Below, piece after piece: positions 10,807 to 27,000 of a stretch of 64,000 nucleotides of DNA. The translations under genes were made by a program, and so were the position numbers. The first letter of the stretch is position 1; the number at the start of each line of letters is the position of its first letter. This stretch comes from Octopus vulgaris (Eukaryota): contig OX597837.1 of the NCBI GenBank assembly GCA_951406725.2, positions 47,740,001 through 47,804,000 of the forward strand. Direction: 5' to 3'. The notes below the pieces were generated by a model. It was not told the origin of the DNA. It searched no databases and worked only from the letters and a program-made list of their open reading frames with translations.

Positions 10807-13800
10807 GTTTGTACATGAGAAAAGCTTTATTTCACTTTTTATTTTCATGTTGCAGTGTTCATTTTTTTCCAATTTCTCAAACTAAGACTATTGCCCCAGC
10901 ATGGTCCTCTAACATTGATTGCTAAGTAATATTAAAGGAGAAACAAAAGAAAATAAACAAATATGTTAATTATTGCTTCAAGCTGGCTAACCTTAACTTT
11001 GGAAGCTAAAACAAGTTGGAGGAAATAAATTAAAAAATAAAACAAGGCTATTCTAACATTATCATCATCATCATCATTTAAGGTCTGTTTTCCATGCTAG
11101 CATGGGTTGGACGGTTCGACCAGGGTCTGGGAAGCCAGAAGGCTGCACCAGGCTCCAGTCTGATTTGGCAATGTTTCTACAGCTGGATGCCCTTCCTAAC
11201 ATCAACCACTCCGTGAGAGTAGTGGGTGCTTTTTACATGCCACCGGCAGAGGTGCCAGGCGAGGCTGGCAATGGCCACGATCGGTTGGTGCTTTTTACAT
11301 GCCACCGGCACGGACACCAGTCAAGGTGGCACTGGCATTGGCCACGTTTGGATGGTGCTTTTTATGTGCCACCGGCACAGGGATCACAACTACAATCTCC
11401 ATTGATTTTTGATGTTGATGTACTTGACTCAATAGGTCTCCTCAAGCACAAGGTCGAAACAGTGTTTCTTTACTTGCCACCTGCACAGGAGTCAGTCCAG
11501 CGGCACTGGCAACTGCCGGGTGCCAGTCATAGGATTTGGTTCAATTTCGATTTCACTTGCCTCAACAGGTCTTCGCAAGCAGAGTTTAATGTCCAATGAA
11601 GGGAAGTTGGCATTATGTGAAACGTAATCAGGGAAATAAGAAAAAAAGGGGCCCATTTTCGATTTTGCAATGTTTATTGATTTGTCTGTTAAATTAAAAG
11701 CAAAAACCAAAAGAAAAAAAAAACGATCTAAAGGCAGAATTTTGTTTATAAACATTATTTCCCTTGCGAAACACAGTCCTACTGAAGATATTAGTTATGA
11801 GAAACTTTGAAATCTAGAGATGGAAAGACACACGGACATGAAGGAGCCTTTTGTAGATTTACTAGAAATAGATACTTATTTCTTTACTACCCACAAGGGA
11901 CCAAACACAGAGGGCACGAACAAGGACAGACAAATGGATTAAGTCGATTACATTGACCCCAGTGCATAACTGGTACTTAATTTATCGACCCCAAAAGGAT
12001 GAAAGGCAAAGTTGACCTCGGCGGAATTTGAACTCAGAATGTAATGGTAGACGAAATACCGCTGAACATTTCGCCCGGCATGCTAACGATTCTGCCAGCT
12101 CGCCACCTAGAAATAAATACCAATATCCTTCAAATAACTTTGCTGTCATTGGAAAGAAGGACACTTTAGATGTTGTGATCATGGGTGAAATATGCCTGAA
12201 GAAAATTCGGGATGGTCTTGGTTGGAAAGAGTTTGATCATAGGATCATAGATCTGCTTCATCCCAACCACCCAGGGACAAGCAATAACGATATGATAAGT
12301 AAAAGGGCCCAAACACATTACCATAATTGTTTTCTAGATGTGAGATCAGCTTGATGTAAACCACTTGGAATCCTGGTGCCACAAAGACAGACTGAAAGTC
12401 CAAGCACCCGGTCAACTGAGTGTCTCCCTTTGGTCTACCTTCAACACTAGAGAACATCAGCTACAAGCAAATACAACCAGCAAGTTTAACAATTGAGACA
12501 CATGTCCACACACAGAAGACCTAAAGGAAAAGAAGAAATGGACATAAATCTACCTGGAGCAATCCCAGGTCGCATGCTTGACCAACTGAAAGAAACAACA
12601 GCAAAGGTGTGCGAGTGTGCACATACACAGGTATGTGTATGTATGTAACAAAACAAGAAATTGGAAGATTTCTTTTGTGTTATTTATTCATCATTACATA
12701 TGTTCCACTTGCTAATAGGAATCAGTGATTCTCTCTCCAATGCCCGGTCTCTTTTACAATCTCTTGAACAAGCCTCAAATTGTGTAGGTCTTTACCTCAA
12801 TGAATCCAAGACTGAATATGTAAACAAGTGCCTGTCCAACAGTGATTTCATCATCCATACTCTCAACAATACGCTCTTAAATATGGTTTCTGATTACAAA
12901 TATCTTGGGTCATACATATCATCATCTGAAAAAGATTTTCTAACTAGAAAGGGTATGGCCTGGTCAGCCTGTAACGACATGCATAAGATTTGGTCATCAA
13001 ATCTAAGTAGAGATTTTCAAACTTAAAATAAGCCACAATCGAACCGATTCTACTATATGGCTCAAAAACTCGGACGTTAACAAAGAAGCTTGAGAGGCAG
13101 TTGGATGGAACTTACACTCACCTCCTTATGAGAGCTCAAAATCTCTCATGGAAGCGCCATCCAACCAAAGTACAAATATATGGGAAATTACCACCTGTAT
13201 CATCTCTTGTGAAAGGTAGAAAAGTCCAGTTTGCTAGACATTATTGTAGAGCTGAAAACGAGGTAATTTCTACTCTTCTCCTCAGAAGCCATCTGCTCGC
13301 GATACCAGAGGGCACACACTCTCCCACCCTGATGTAATCTCCAGGGATACAGGCATCCAGCAACAGGACCTCCGTAATGCTATGATGGACCATGAGGTCT
13401 GGCGTAACATAGTAAATTCCATTGTCTCGACCACGGTTGAACAATGATGATGATGAATAGGAATCACAAAGCTGTGCATGCTGGACAAATAGACAGAGAA
13501 TCGCATTCTGGCTTTGCCAACTTGTGTCAAACCATCCAACCCGTGACAACATTGGAAGGTGAACGTTAAAAGATGATGATGAGATAGACATAGTGTATGT
13601 GGATCAGTGGCAAGAGCATCGAGTTCTCAATCATGAAGTCATGAGTTCGATTCCAAGACTGGGCTGTGTGTTGTGCTCTTGAGCAAGACACTTTATTTTC
13701 ATGTTGCTCCAGTTTGCTCATCTGTAGAAATGAATTGCGGTGTCACTGGTGCCGAGCCGTATGAGCCTTTGCTTTTCCCTTGGATAACAACCAGTGGCAT

Positions 13801-14244
13801 GGAGAGAGGAAAGCTGGTATGCATGGGCGACTGCTGGTCTTCCATAAAACATCCTTTCCCAGACTTGTGCCTCGGAGAGTAACTTTTTAGGTGCAATCCC
13901 ATGGTCATTCATGACCAAAGGGGGTTTTTGCTTTTACCATTTACTTTGGATCCATTTTAGGTTCTTTCAGTCTTACCCAGGTTATTGATGCCTCCACAGA
14001 ATCAATGTGCAACAAGCTGACATTTAACAGTTCAGTGCAAACTATAACAGGCTGCACACAAACCACACTGACACACCTACACAATTCACCTGTACATATG
14101 CAAGGTGCGTGGTTTGTTGTTATAGCCCATTGCATTCTTCACTGCATCCCATAACCCGTCCCCCCCCACACACACACTCACACATACTTATACACAGACT
14201 TGTTACCACCCCATGGAAAAGCATCTCAGCCATATAGCACTGTG

Positions 14245-14280
<36 letters not shown>

Positions 14281-15044
14281 ATATTATCTTGCCTGTTCTG
14301 CTTTACACCATTATCACTATCGTCATCATTGGTTAATATTGTTGTTTCCAGGGGAGCGACAGTGTGATGGAATGTCTGTACTATAATGGTCAAGTCAAGG
14401 GACAATATTCTTACAATGAAGGAACACATAACTCTAAGGTAAGAGAAACTTCTCATTTCTTCTCTCAAATTTGGTTTAAAATCTTCATTTACATCAACAC
14501 ACACACACATATACCACAGATCCCCCCCCCATCCACCCAAAGTAGAAAACCAACCAATATCAGTATAAGTATTCTCCACAAACATTTTCCACTTTACTAG
14601 AATGAAAGACAACTCAGAATAATGAGGCTAAGACAGAAAATTTCACAAACAAGTGTAGATTTATGTCCATTCCCACCATCAGCTGCCAAATAGATATCAT
14701 TATGATTTTGACACCTGAGCAGTACCATTCAATTAGGCTGTCGACAGTGTTAAAAACGTAAAGAGTGCCTGGGAATCAGTTGAAATCCATGGGAGCAAAA
14801 CATTAGCATAGCATTCCATTGCTTTTCATTACTAGTTTCATCTTGTCTCTTTGTTTTCTCTCCATGTTGATATATGGAAAATTAAGGTGGTTTTAGAGTC
14901 AGATCATGGCTGCTATTTTCAGCATGGTGGTATCTCGTAGATACCCTAATTTATAATTTTAATAATTATTACCTTTGAAGGTTATTTTTTCCATGCCAAC
15001 CACTTGATAAAATCATTATTTTATTTTTAAATTAACAATCTTAT

Positions 15045-15085
<41 letters not shown>

Positions 15086-18000
15086 TCATCATCATCATAG
15101 TTGTCATCATCATCATTTAACGTCTGCTTTCCATGCTGGCATGGGTTGGACAGTTTGACTGAAAACTGGTAAGCCAGGGGAGCTGCACCAGGTTCCAGTC
15201 TAACTTAGCAAAGTTTCTACGGCAGGATATCCTTCTTAATATCAACCACTCCAAAAAGTGTAGTGGGTGCTTTTTACGTGCCACCAGCACAGGTGCCAGT
15301 TATGTAAAATCAGTATTGGTCATAAATCTCACTTAGCTTGACAGGTCTTCTCAAACAAAGTGATATACCTTGTCACTGCTTCCATGGGGCATGTATATAT
15401 ATATAAAAGTTCAGCATAGTTACCCCACTAACTTCAGCCGACTAACTTTTGCTAAAATACATTCAAATATGCCTAAGTTAAATTCCTCAGAATGAGGATG
15501 GATTTGTGGCTTTGGCATTTGTTCTACCCCTTTCTCTATCTATAAGTAGAAAAAATTCTTGTTTGTCACCATTGAACCAAGATAAGAAACCCCCTCCCCA
15601 CTGATAGATCTAAATAACAAAGTGAACTCAGTGACAAAGAATCTACAGATGGAGAAGAACATACTACCACCATGTTCTTAATGATGAAATTAACCTCTCT
15701 GTCTATATATCTACCCTCTTTGTAATGTTGGCAAATGAAATAAGAATAAAAATGTACAGTGTCTATTTAAATGGAAAATTCTATATGTGGCCGAAGATTG
15801 CTCGACATTTTAAAACTGATGTAATACTTACAGTGTTTAATAAAATGAAGTAGCATGAAACAATTGTACTACACTACCTTGGATATCCTTGTTGCTTATT
15901 TTGATTATATGTATATGTGTGTATATATGTATGTATATATAATATTAGAGAAAGAGAGAGAGAGAGCATGTAGTTTTTTCTGTCTTGAATATCCAGTGTC
16001 ATTGAACTGCAGTTTATCCTGTTTTTCTTTTTGTGAAGTTTAAATCACTAATGGTACCGAGCTGCCAACCTCCTCCTAAGACTTCCTACAAAATTTGCTA
16101 CTTAACCATATCTAAACAGGTTGTCTTTTCAGCATAGGATAACCCACCTCACCTTATTGATTGCTGCTGGGACTCATTCACAGTTGAATGAACTGTAACA
16201 ACAAGGAATGAAGTGCCTTGCTCAGGGTCACAATGTGTTAACTGGTGAGAGAATCAAAGCCACAGCATAACAACTGTGAACTCAACACCCAAACCACTGT
16301 TCCAATCACTTTCTACACATACACATACTACACATTCACATCATACACACACACACACACACATTTTATGTGTGTGTGTGATCTGATCAATAAGTATCCG
16401 GGCTGTTGCCATAGTAACGAAGCTAAAGCACTCAGAGTGAAGCCGCTTGGCACAGATTGACCTTGAACTCTGTTGTACATGCACACTAAGTTTTAACATT
16501 CTAGCTCACTTCCACTATTTACAGCAGTATTTGGAAGGAAGGTGTGTAGCATGTGATCATCGCATTGACAATGACAGAGTAAGTTGAGCAGAGAATCTGC
16601 ATCAAATTTTGCCAAAAGTTTGGTGATATCTGCTCAGAGACCTACGCAAAGTTTTCGAAAAGTTCCCATCGTTCTTGACATAATCAAGGAGATCTTGGGC
16701 AACTGAAACCCGAGTGTCTTTTTGGTCAGCTGAAAGCAGTATTGACACAAATTTTGCAGACATGCGTCTCATACCCAAATCTTCAGTGATAATGGACTGA
16801 ACTGAACCATAACTAATCTGCATATCCACTGATAACTCATGGATGATGATTCGATGATTTCCTTTCACAGCTGCATGTTGTTTTTCTCAGTTCTGCTGAT
16901 TGTGGGTCTCCCAGAATGTTTGTCAATATCGGCTTATTTTCGGCCATGTTGGAAACGTTTGAACCACTCGTACTCTTGTGTGCGGCTCATACACTCCTCT
17001 CCATACACTTTCTGCAGCCATGCATAGGCCTCTGTGCAAGTATTGCCATGGCAACTTTCTCTGCTATGGTCAATGCAACGATCACATGCTACACACCTTC
17101 CTTCCAACCACTGCTGTAAACAGTGCATGTGAACTAGAACGTTAAAACTTAGTGTGCATACACAGCAGAGGTCAAGGTCAATCTTTGTCAAGTGACTTCA
17201 CTCTGCTTGCTTTAGCTTCATAACTATGGCAACAGTCCGGATACTTATTGATCAAAGTTGTGTGTGTGTGTATGTGTGTATGTATATATACGTGGAGGCG
17301 CAATGGCCCAGTGGTTAGGGTAGTGAACTCGCGGTTGTAGGATCGCGGTTTTGATTCCTAGATCGGCCGTTGTGATTGTTTATTGAGCGAAAACACCTAT
17401 AGCTCCACGAGGCTATGGCAGGGGGTAGTGGCGATCCCTGCTGTACTCTTTTGCCACAACTTTCTCTCACTCTTTCTTCTGTTGGCCTGCTCGCTTAGCC
17501 AGCGGGGTGGCGTCATTTGAAGGCTAAAACAATGCGAAACACATTGTGACCAGTGATGTGTAGCAACATCTGATAGCCTGGTCGATCACGGTGATATATA
17601 TATATAGTTGTGGCAAAAGAGTACAGCAGGGATCACCACTACCCCCTGCCGGAGCCTCGTGGAGCTATAGGTGTTTTCGCTCAATAAACAATCACAACGG
17701 CCGATCTAGGAATCAAAACCGCGATCTACAACCGCGAGTTCACTACCCTAACCACTGGGCCATTGCGCCTCCACTATATATATATACACACACAACTTTC
17801 TTAATGTATATCTTCAAATAATATAAGCATTGGTAAAAATATTGATAAAGTGAAGATCTGAAACAAAACTCCCTTCTCATATTTGTTTCACTCTAGCTTC
17901 ACAGACACTCCCTTGTCATTCTTGTTGTCATAAATGGAGGAAAGCAGTGATTGACACACTGGAAAACTATAAATAAATCGTTGTCTGTAACTCCCTCTCA

Positions 18001-21000
18001 CCAAAAGAAAACCTGTTTTTTGAAATGTAATTTGAGTGAATCTTGTTCCTAACAAGAAACTGGTGATTTCGTTTACAGGTGACTGATTTAACTCTTAACA
18101 ATGGAAAATATGTTAATGGCTTAATGACCTGCAATTTCACACGAGATAATGTTATGAACAATTCTAAAATCTTCAATATTGGACAAAAACAATGGTATTT
18201 ATTGGCAGCTGCTGGACCAGTAAAAGACGGTACTTCTGGTTTGGTTTTCCATTTTTCTAATCTGACATACTATTTCATCTCTATTCAAACTTCCTTTCTG
18301 TCTTCATCTCATGTATTTACTTACTTGTATCAGTGGCAGTACTCATCTGGTTAAGGGTTGGTGGTGGAGCTAACTTTGATCAATGAGTTCATCACGGGCC
18401 CTCATGGATGCTGACCGTATTTGACAATTAGCCCAAAAATTCCAACAAGCCAGGCAATGCTTCTACCTGCGCCCCCTCCCCTCCCAAATTCAGCTTACTC
18501 AAGAGGAGCAAGCACATCGAATATCATGGATACAAAAGCCATATACATCATTTGTTTTTGAGTTGTAGAGTTCATGGTTGGAGTGTCAGTGGGAAGACAA
18601 GTTCACATGTGATTTGTGGTCTTGTGCGTCATGCAACTTTTGAAGGGGATTTGCGACAGCTTCAACAATTCCTTGAGAGAAAGAAGTTGACATATTAACT
18701 CTTTCTTCTCAGTGATATGAACCTGTCCTTAGCATCTGACCCATACTCAACCGACTAATTATTTAACATCATCATGCTAGCATGGGTTTGACGGTTTGAC
18801 TGGGGTCTGGGAAGCCAGGAGGCTGCACCAGGCTCCAGTCTGATCTGGCAGAGTTTCTACAGCTGGATGCCCTTCCTAACGCCAACCACTCCGTGAGTCG
18901 AGTGGGTGCTTTTTACGTACCACTGGCACAGGTGCCAGAGGAGGCTGGCAGTGGCCATGATCGGTTGGTGCTTTTTACGTGCCACCTGCACAGGGATCAC
19001 AACTACAATTTCCATTTGATATATGAATTCTGTAGGTGTAGTTATTGTTTCACCATCCACATGGTGGTGTATACAACCAACTCACACAATAAAAGACTAA
19101 ATGGCTGAGTGGTAAAAAGTTCGCTTCACTCAACCATATGGTCTTGAGTTCAGTCCCTTTGGCAAGTGTGCTCAACCATAGCCCAGGCCAACCAAAGCCT
19201 TGTAAGTGAATTTGGTAGAAGGAAAATGAAAGAAGCCCATATGTGTGTGTGTGTTGCTGAAAATGTATGGTACCTGTGGAAGAATGAGACTGAGGAAGAC
19301 ATGGGATGAAGTGATGAGGACTGATCTTAGGATGCTGGGGCTCAGAGAGGAAATGAAGATGTCTGGCAATATGAGGTTCTAGGGAAGACCCGTCCACTGA
19401 ACTTAGTACCAGAAGAGTTGTGTCCCACCCACATCTAACAACACACTTTTCACCCACTCTACCCTTAGAAATCTAACTACAACTCCTCTTCTAACTGCAT
19501 CTTTCTCTTCCTCACATTTCCTCTTTATAAAAGAAAAAGACAAGCAAACACACACACAACAGGCTTCTTTCAGTTTCCATCTACCAAATTCACTCACAAA
19601 GCTTTGATTGTCCCTGGGGCACTTACCTGAGATACCATTCTTTGGGATTGAACCTAGAACCATCTGGTTGGGAAAGAAACTTATCACACAGGCATGCTTA
19701 TGCCTAAAGCAACTCATTCAGGCATCTGATATTTACATTCTCGTATACTATTGAATGCTCTGTTTTCCTTAAGAAGAGTAAATAAACCACCCCTTGATAA
19801 AAAATACCAGGATGTTGTGGTCATTACAGCTCTGACATGTTGGCATTACTAATTATATTACACTAATTAAATTATGTGAACAACTGTCAATAAGTTGATT
19901 GACTGGCACTAATGTGTGTGTGTGTATACACACACATCAAACTTATATATATATATATATAATTAATAATGTCCAATCCATGCCAACATGGAAAACAGAC
20001 GTTAAAGGATGATGATAATGATGAATAATAATAGTGAAAGTAGTCAGAAGTAAAGCAGGCACCATTTCTCTATTTCTATTCAGATATAAAAAGTCCTTTT
20101 TATGTAAAGGAGATGAAATCCTACTTAAATCCTTCCTCTTGTCTTGTCTTTTTGTGTGTGTGTTGTTTATTTAGCTCCCTTAAGTCAATCTGTTTATATT
20201 TCACACCTTGTCATTTGTTTAACTTGGGAATATGGCGATGCGTGTTATGAATGAAAATTAGCTATTATTTCTAGCAAGGGTGGATCTTTTGTACCAATTT
20301 GTGTTGCCCTTCTCCTTCGATTAGTTTAATCTTTAATCTTTAATGTTCCTTGTATTTCAGGATTTATGAAACGAAAACACACCTTTACAGCTACAACCAG
20401 CGGAAAGGTTGACTTCTCGAAACAAAATCCGGTGGATTCTGAGGAAGAGGAAATTCTGACTCATCTGCACGGTAGGGAGAGTTCTTTACATGTTGTTATG
20501 TTCAATGCTCTGTCAGGGTTGACAGAAGGTATTCAACTATGAAATCAGTGTAAGTGGTTGAGTATTCCAGAGACATGTGTCCATTTTCATGTAATCTCAG
20601 ATGAATCAACATGACTCTGTGTAAGTTGGATCTTTAAATTACTGGTTCTGTCCCTTTAAGGTCAACAAGGGCCCATGATGAAAGTCACTGAAGTGAGATT
20701 GAAACCTAGATTTTGTGATTGTGAAGCCAGCTTGTTAACAATGCAGCCATGCAGCCCCTACATTCAATAATTCTGTATTGAAAGATGTTCCATCTGTGAC
20801 CATCCTGTCTTGATTTCTGTCAGAAAGATCCAGTGTACACTACTTTACTGTAGTTGTTTAGCACAACACCCAAGACATTCCAGCCATGACAATCATGTCT
20901 CTTCTTTTCCCAGATACACTTTACAGCAGTCATGAGCAAACTGGAGGCATTCTCAATAGAATCCCCAACAAAATATTACCTTCAGTTTTTTCTCGTAGGA

Positions 21001-24000
21001 CCACATCTTTCAGGATGAGCCATGTCTTATGAGATCTGCTTCTCAAAAAAAATTTCTCCTGTGATTCATCTTCACAAATTTCAATCAATGTGGTTTTTTT
21101 TTATTTCAGTTTTTGCTAAAGTTCAAATTTCTCCAAAGGTGGAGGTTTTTGTTGTTTTTAACCTCAAGTTAGTTCCAATTTGGGAGCAAAACTTCTACGT
21201 TTACAAAAATGAAAATATCAACAAATTTTCCTCTTTTATTCTTTTTCATCCTGTTTTCATTTTTTTCCCCATCAGTTCTTCCCCTGTATTCTTTTCTTTC
21301 TTTCTTCATTTTTCTCTTGTCAATTCTTTCATCTCTTTCTTTCACTAATTTCCTTCTTTATTTTCCCTTCATTTTAGTCAAGTTTTTTTCTTTCATTTTC
21401 ATCACATCCCATTTTAATCTATTTTCAAGTCTATTCCATCCAACCTCTATTCTCTTCTTTATACTTATTCCATCCAACCTCTATTCTCTTCTTTATATTC
21501 ATTCCATCGAACCTCTATTCTCTTCTTTATACTTATTCCATCCAACCTCTATTCTCTTCTTTATATTCATTCCATCCAACCTCTATTCTCTTCTTTATAC
21601 TTATTCCATCCAACCTCTATTCTCTTCTTTATATTCATTCCATCCAACCTCTATTCTCTTCTTTATACTTATTCCATCCAACCTCTATTCTCTTCTTTAT
21701 ATTCATTCCATCCAACCTCTATTCTCTTCTTTATATTTATTCCATCCAACCTCTATTCTCTTCTTTATATTTATTCCATCCAACCTCTATTCTCTTCTTT
21801 ATATTCATTCCATCCAACCTCTATTCTCTTCTTTATACTTATTCCATCCAACCTCTATTCTCTTCTTTATATTTATTCCATCCAACCTCTATTCTCTTCT
21901 TTATATTCATTCCATCCAACCTCTATTCTCTTCTTTATATTCATTCCATCCAACCTCTATTCTCTTCTTTATATTCATTCCATCCAACCTCTATTCTCTT
22001 CTTTATATTCATTCCATCCAACCTCTATTCTCTTCTTTATATTCATTCCATCTAACCTCTATTCTCTTCTTTATACTTATTCCATCCAACCTCTATTCTC
22101 TTCTTTATATTCATTCCATCCAACCTCTATTCTCTTCTTTATACTTATTCCATCCAACCTCTATTCTCTTCTTTATATTCATTCCATCCAACCTCTATTC
22201 TCTTCTTTATATTCATTCCATCCAACCTCTATTCTCTTCTTTATATTTATTCCATCCAACCTCTATTCTCTTCTTTATACTTATTTCATCCAACCTCTAT
22301 TCTCTTCTTTATACTTATTCCATCCAACCTCTATTCTCTTCTTTATATTTATTCCATCCAACCTCTATTCTCTTCTTTATATTTATTCCATCCAACCTCT
22401 ATTCTCTTCTTTATATTTATTCCATCCAACCTCTATTCTCTTCTTTATACTTATTCCATCCAACCTCTATTCTCTTCTTTATATTTATTCCATCCAACCT
22501 CTATTCTCTTCTTTATACTTATTCCATCCAACCTCTATTCTCTTCTTTATACTGATTCCATCCAACCTCTATTCTCTTCTTTATATTCATTCCATCCAAC
22601 CTCTATTCTCTTCTTTATACTTATTCCATCCAACCTCTATTCTCTTCTTTATATTCATTCCATCGAACCTCTATTCTCTTCTTTATATTCATTCCATCCA
22701 ACCTCTATACTCTTCTTTATATTTATTCCATCCAACCTCTATTCTCTTCTTTATATTTATTCCATCCAACCTCTATTCCTTTCTATTAGAATGTCTGACA
22801 AAATACTGTTATTTCTTCCAACTCTTTACATTCTCAGTTCAAATCCCATCAAAGTCAACTTTGTTTTTCAACTCTCCAGGGCCAATGAAGTACCAGTCAC
22901 ATTTTGTGGTTGATTTTATAAATTAACAGATTCTCTTCAAAATTGCTGGTTTTCTGCCTAAACTTTGGCGCCAAATGTCTTCTACTTGATTGCATTTTCT
23001 TTGCAGGTGTGTCCATGATTGTGGCTTGGGTATTCTTTGCTTCTGTTGGAATATTTGCTGCTCGTTATTCAAAATCCGTTAACAAGAAACTCTGCAAGAT
23101 TATGCTGTGGTTCCAGGTAAGAAAGGAACCGGATCAGCCATCGTTGTCATCATTACATAATTATCTGCATCATTCACATATCTTTCATACAATCACCACC
23201 AGCATAACCATTCCTGCCATCATCATCATCATCATCATAACCACTGTCATCATCATCATCATCATCGCCACAACCACTGTCATCATCATCATCGCCACAA
23301 CCACTGTCATCATCATCATCATCATCACCACAACCACTGTCATCATCATCATCATCATCGCCACAACCACTGTCATCATCATCATCATCATCACCACAAC
23401 CACTGTCATCATCATCATCATCATCGCCACAACCACTGTCATCATCATCATCGCCACAACCACTGTCATCATCATCATCATCATCGCCACAACCACTGTC
23501 ATCATCATCATCATCATCACCACAACCACTGTCATCATCATCATCATCATCGCCACAACCACTGTCATCATCATCATCATCATCACCACAACCACTGTCA
23601 TCATCATCATCATCATCGCCACAACCACTGTCATCATCATCATCATCATCGCCACAACCACTGTCATCATCATCATCATCATCACCACAACCACTGTCAT
23701 CATCATCATCATCATCGCCACAACCACTGTCATCATCATCATCATCGCCACAACCACTGTCATCATCATCATCATCATCACCACAACCACTGTCATCATC
23801 ATCATCATCATCGCCACAACCACTGTCATCATCATCATCATCATCACCACAACCACTGTCATCATCATCATCATCATCGCCACAACCACTGTCATCATCA
23901 TCATCATCATCACCACAACCACTGTCATCATCATCATCATCATCACCACAACCACTGTCATCATCATCATCATCATCGCCACAACCACTGTCATCATCAT

Positions 24001-27000
24001 CATCATCATCACCACAACCACTGTCATCATCATCATCATCATCGCCACAACCACTGTCATCATCATCATCATCATCACCACAACCACTGTCATCATCATC
24101 ATCATCATCGCCACAACCACTGTCATCATCATCATCATCATCACCACAACCACTGTCATCATCATCATCATCATCGCCACAACCACTGTCATCATCATCA
24201 TCATCATCACCACAACCACTGTCATCATCATCATCATCATCGCCACAACCACTGTCATCATCATCATCATCATCACCACAACCACTGTCATCATCATCAT
24301 CATCATCGCCACAACCACTGTCATCATCATCATCATCATCGCCACAACCACTGTCATCATCATCATCATCATCGCCACAACCACTGTCATCATCATCATC
24401 ATCATCACCACAACCACTGTCATCATCATCATCATCATCACCACAACCACTGTCATCATCATCATCATCATCGCCACAACCACTGTCATCATCATCATCA
24501 TCATCACCACAACCACTGTCATCATCATCATCATCATCGCCACAACCACTGTCATCATCATCATCATCATCGCCACAACCACTGTCATCATCATCATCAT
24601 CATCACCACAACCACTGTCATCATCATCATCATCATCACCACAACCACTGTCATCATCATCATCATCATCGCCACAACCACTGTCATCATCATCATCATC
24701 ATCACCACAACCACTGTCATCATCATCATCATCATCGCCACAACCACTGTCATCATCATCATCATCATCGCCACAACCACTGTCATCATCATCATCATCA
24801 TCACCACAACCACTGTCATCATCATCATCATCATCGCCACAACCACTGTCATCATCATCATCATCATCACCACAACCACTGTCATCATCATCATCATCAT
24901 CGCCACAACCACTGTCATCATCATCATCATCATCGCCACAACCACTGTCATCATCATCATCATCATCGCCACAACCACTGTCATCATCATCATCATCATC
25001 ACCACAACCACTGTCATCATCATCATCATCATCGCCACAACCACTGTCATCATCATCATCATCATCACCACAACCACTGTCATCATCATCATCATCATCG
25101 CCACAACCACTGTCATCATCATCATCATCATCGCCACAACCACTGTCATCATCATCATCATCATCACCACAACCACTGTCATCATCATCATCATCATCAC
25201 CACAACCACTGTCATCATCATCATCATCATCGCCACAACCACTGTCATCATCATCATCATCATCACCACAACCACTGTCATCATCATCATCATCATCGCC
25301 ACAACCACTGTCATCATCATCATCATCATCGCCACAACCACTGTCATCATCATCATCATCATCGCCACAACCACTGTCATCATCATCATCATCATCACCA
25401 CAACCACTGTCATCATCATCATCATCATCGCCACAACCACTGTCATCATCATCATCATCATCGCCACAACCACTGTCATCATCATAATCATCATCGCCAC
25501 AACCACTGTCATCATCATCATCATCATCGCCACAACCACTGTCATCATCATAATCATCATCGCCACAACCACTGTCATCATCATCATCATCATCGCCACA
25601 ACCACTGTCATCATCATCATCATCATCGCCACAACCACTGTCATCATCATAATCATCATCGCCACAACCACTGTCATCATCATCATCATCATCGCCACAA
25701 CCACTGTCATCATCATCATCATCATCGCCACAACCACTGTCATCATCATCATCATCATCACCACAACCACTGTCATCATCATCATCATCATCGCCACAAC
25801 CACTGTCATCATCATAATCATCATCGCCACAACCACTGTCATCATCATCATCATCATCGCCACAACCACTGTCATCATCATCATCATCATCGCCACAACC
25901 ACTGTCATCATCATCATCATCATCACCACAACCACTGTCATCATCATCATCATCATCACCACAACCACTGTCATCATCATCATCGCCACAACCACTGTCA
26001 TCATCATCATCATCATCACCACAACCACTGTCATCATCATCATCATCATCGCCACAACCACTGTCATCATCATAATCATCATCGCCACAACCACTGTCAT
26101 CATCATCATCATCATCGCCACAACCACTGTCATCATCATCATCATCATCGCCACAACCACTGTCATCATCATCATCATCATCGCCACAACCACTGTCATC
26201 ATCATCATCATCATCGCCACAACCACTGTCATCATCATCATCATCATCGCCACAACCACTGTCATCATCATCATCATCATCACCACAACCACTGTCATCA
26301 TCATCATCATCATCGCCACAACCACTGTCATCATCATCATCATCATCGCCACAACCACTGTCATCATCATCATCATCATCGCCACAACCACTGTCATCAT
26401 CATCATCATCATCGCCACAACCACTGTCATCATCATCATCATCATCACCACAACCACTGTCATCATCATCATCATCATCACCACAACCACTGTCATCATC
26501 ATCATCATCATCGCCACAACCACTGTCATCATCATCATCATCATCACCACAACCACTGTCATCATCATCATCATCATCGCCACAACCACTGTCATCATCA
26601 TCATCATCATCACCACAACCACTGTCATCATCATCATCATCATCGCCACAACCACTGTCATCATCATAATCATCATCGCCACAACCACTGTCATCATCAT
26701 AATCATCATCGCCACAACCACTGTCATCATCATAATCATCATCGCCACAACCACTGTCATCATCATCATCATCATCGCCACAACCACTGTCATCATCATC
26801 ATCATCATCGCCACAACCACTGTCATCATCATAATCATCATCGCCACAACCACTGTCATCATCATCATCATCATCGCCACAACCACTGTCATCATCATCA
26901 TCATCATCGCCACAACCACTGTCATCATCATCATCATCATCGCCACAACCACTGTCATCATCATCATCATCATCGCCACAACCACTGTCATCATCATCAT

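Noticed and set aside
1580-11599. Recurrent FLQLDALPNANHS peptides as a protein family
   Set aside because: Antisense translations of SINE family A copies.
21209-22555. 448-aa hydrophobic ORF
   Set aside because: Translation of the 34-bp pyrimidine minisatellite.
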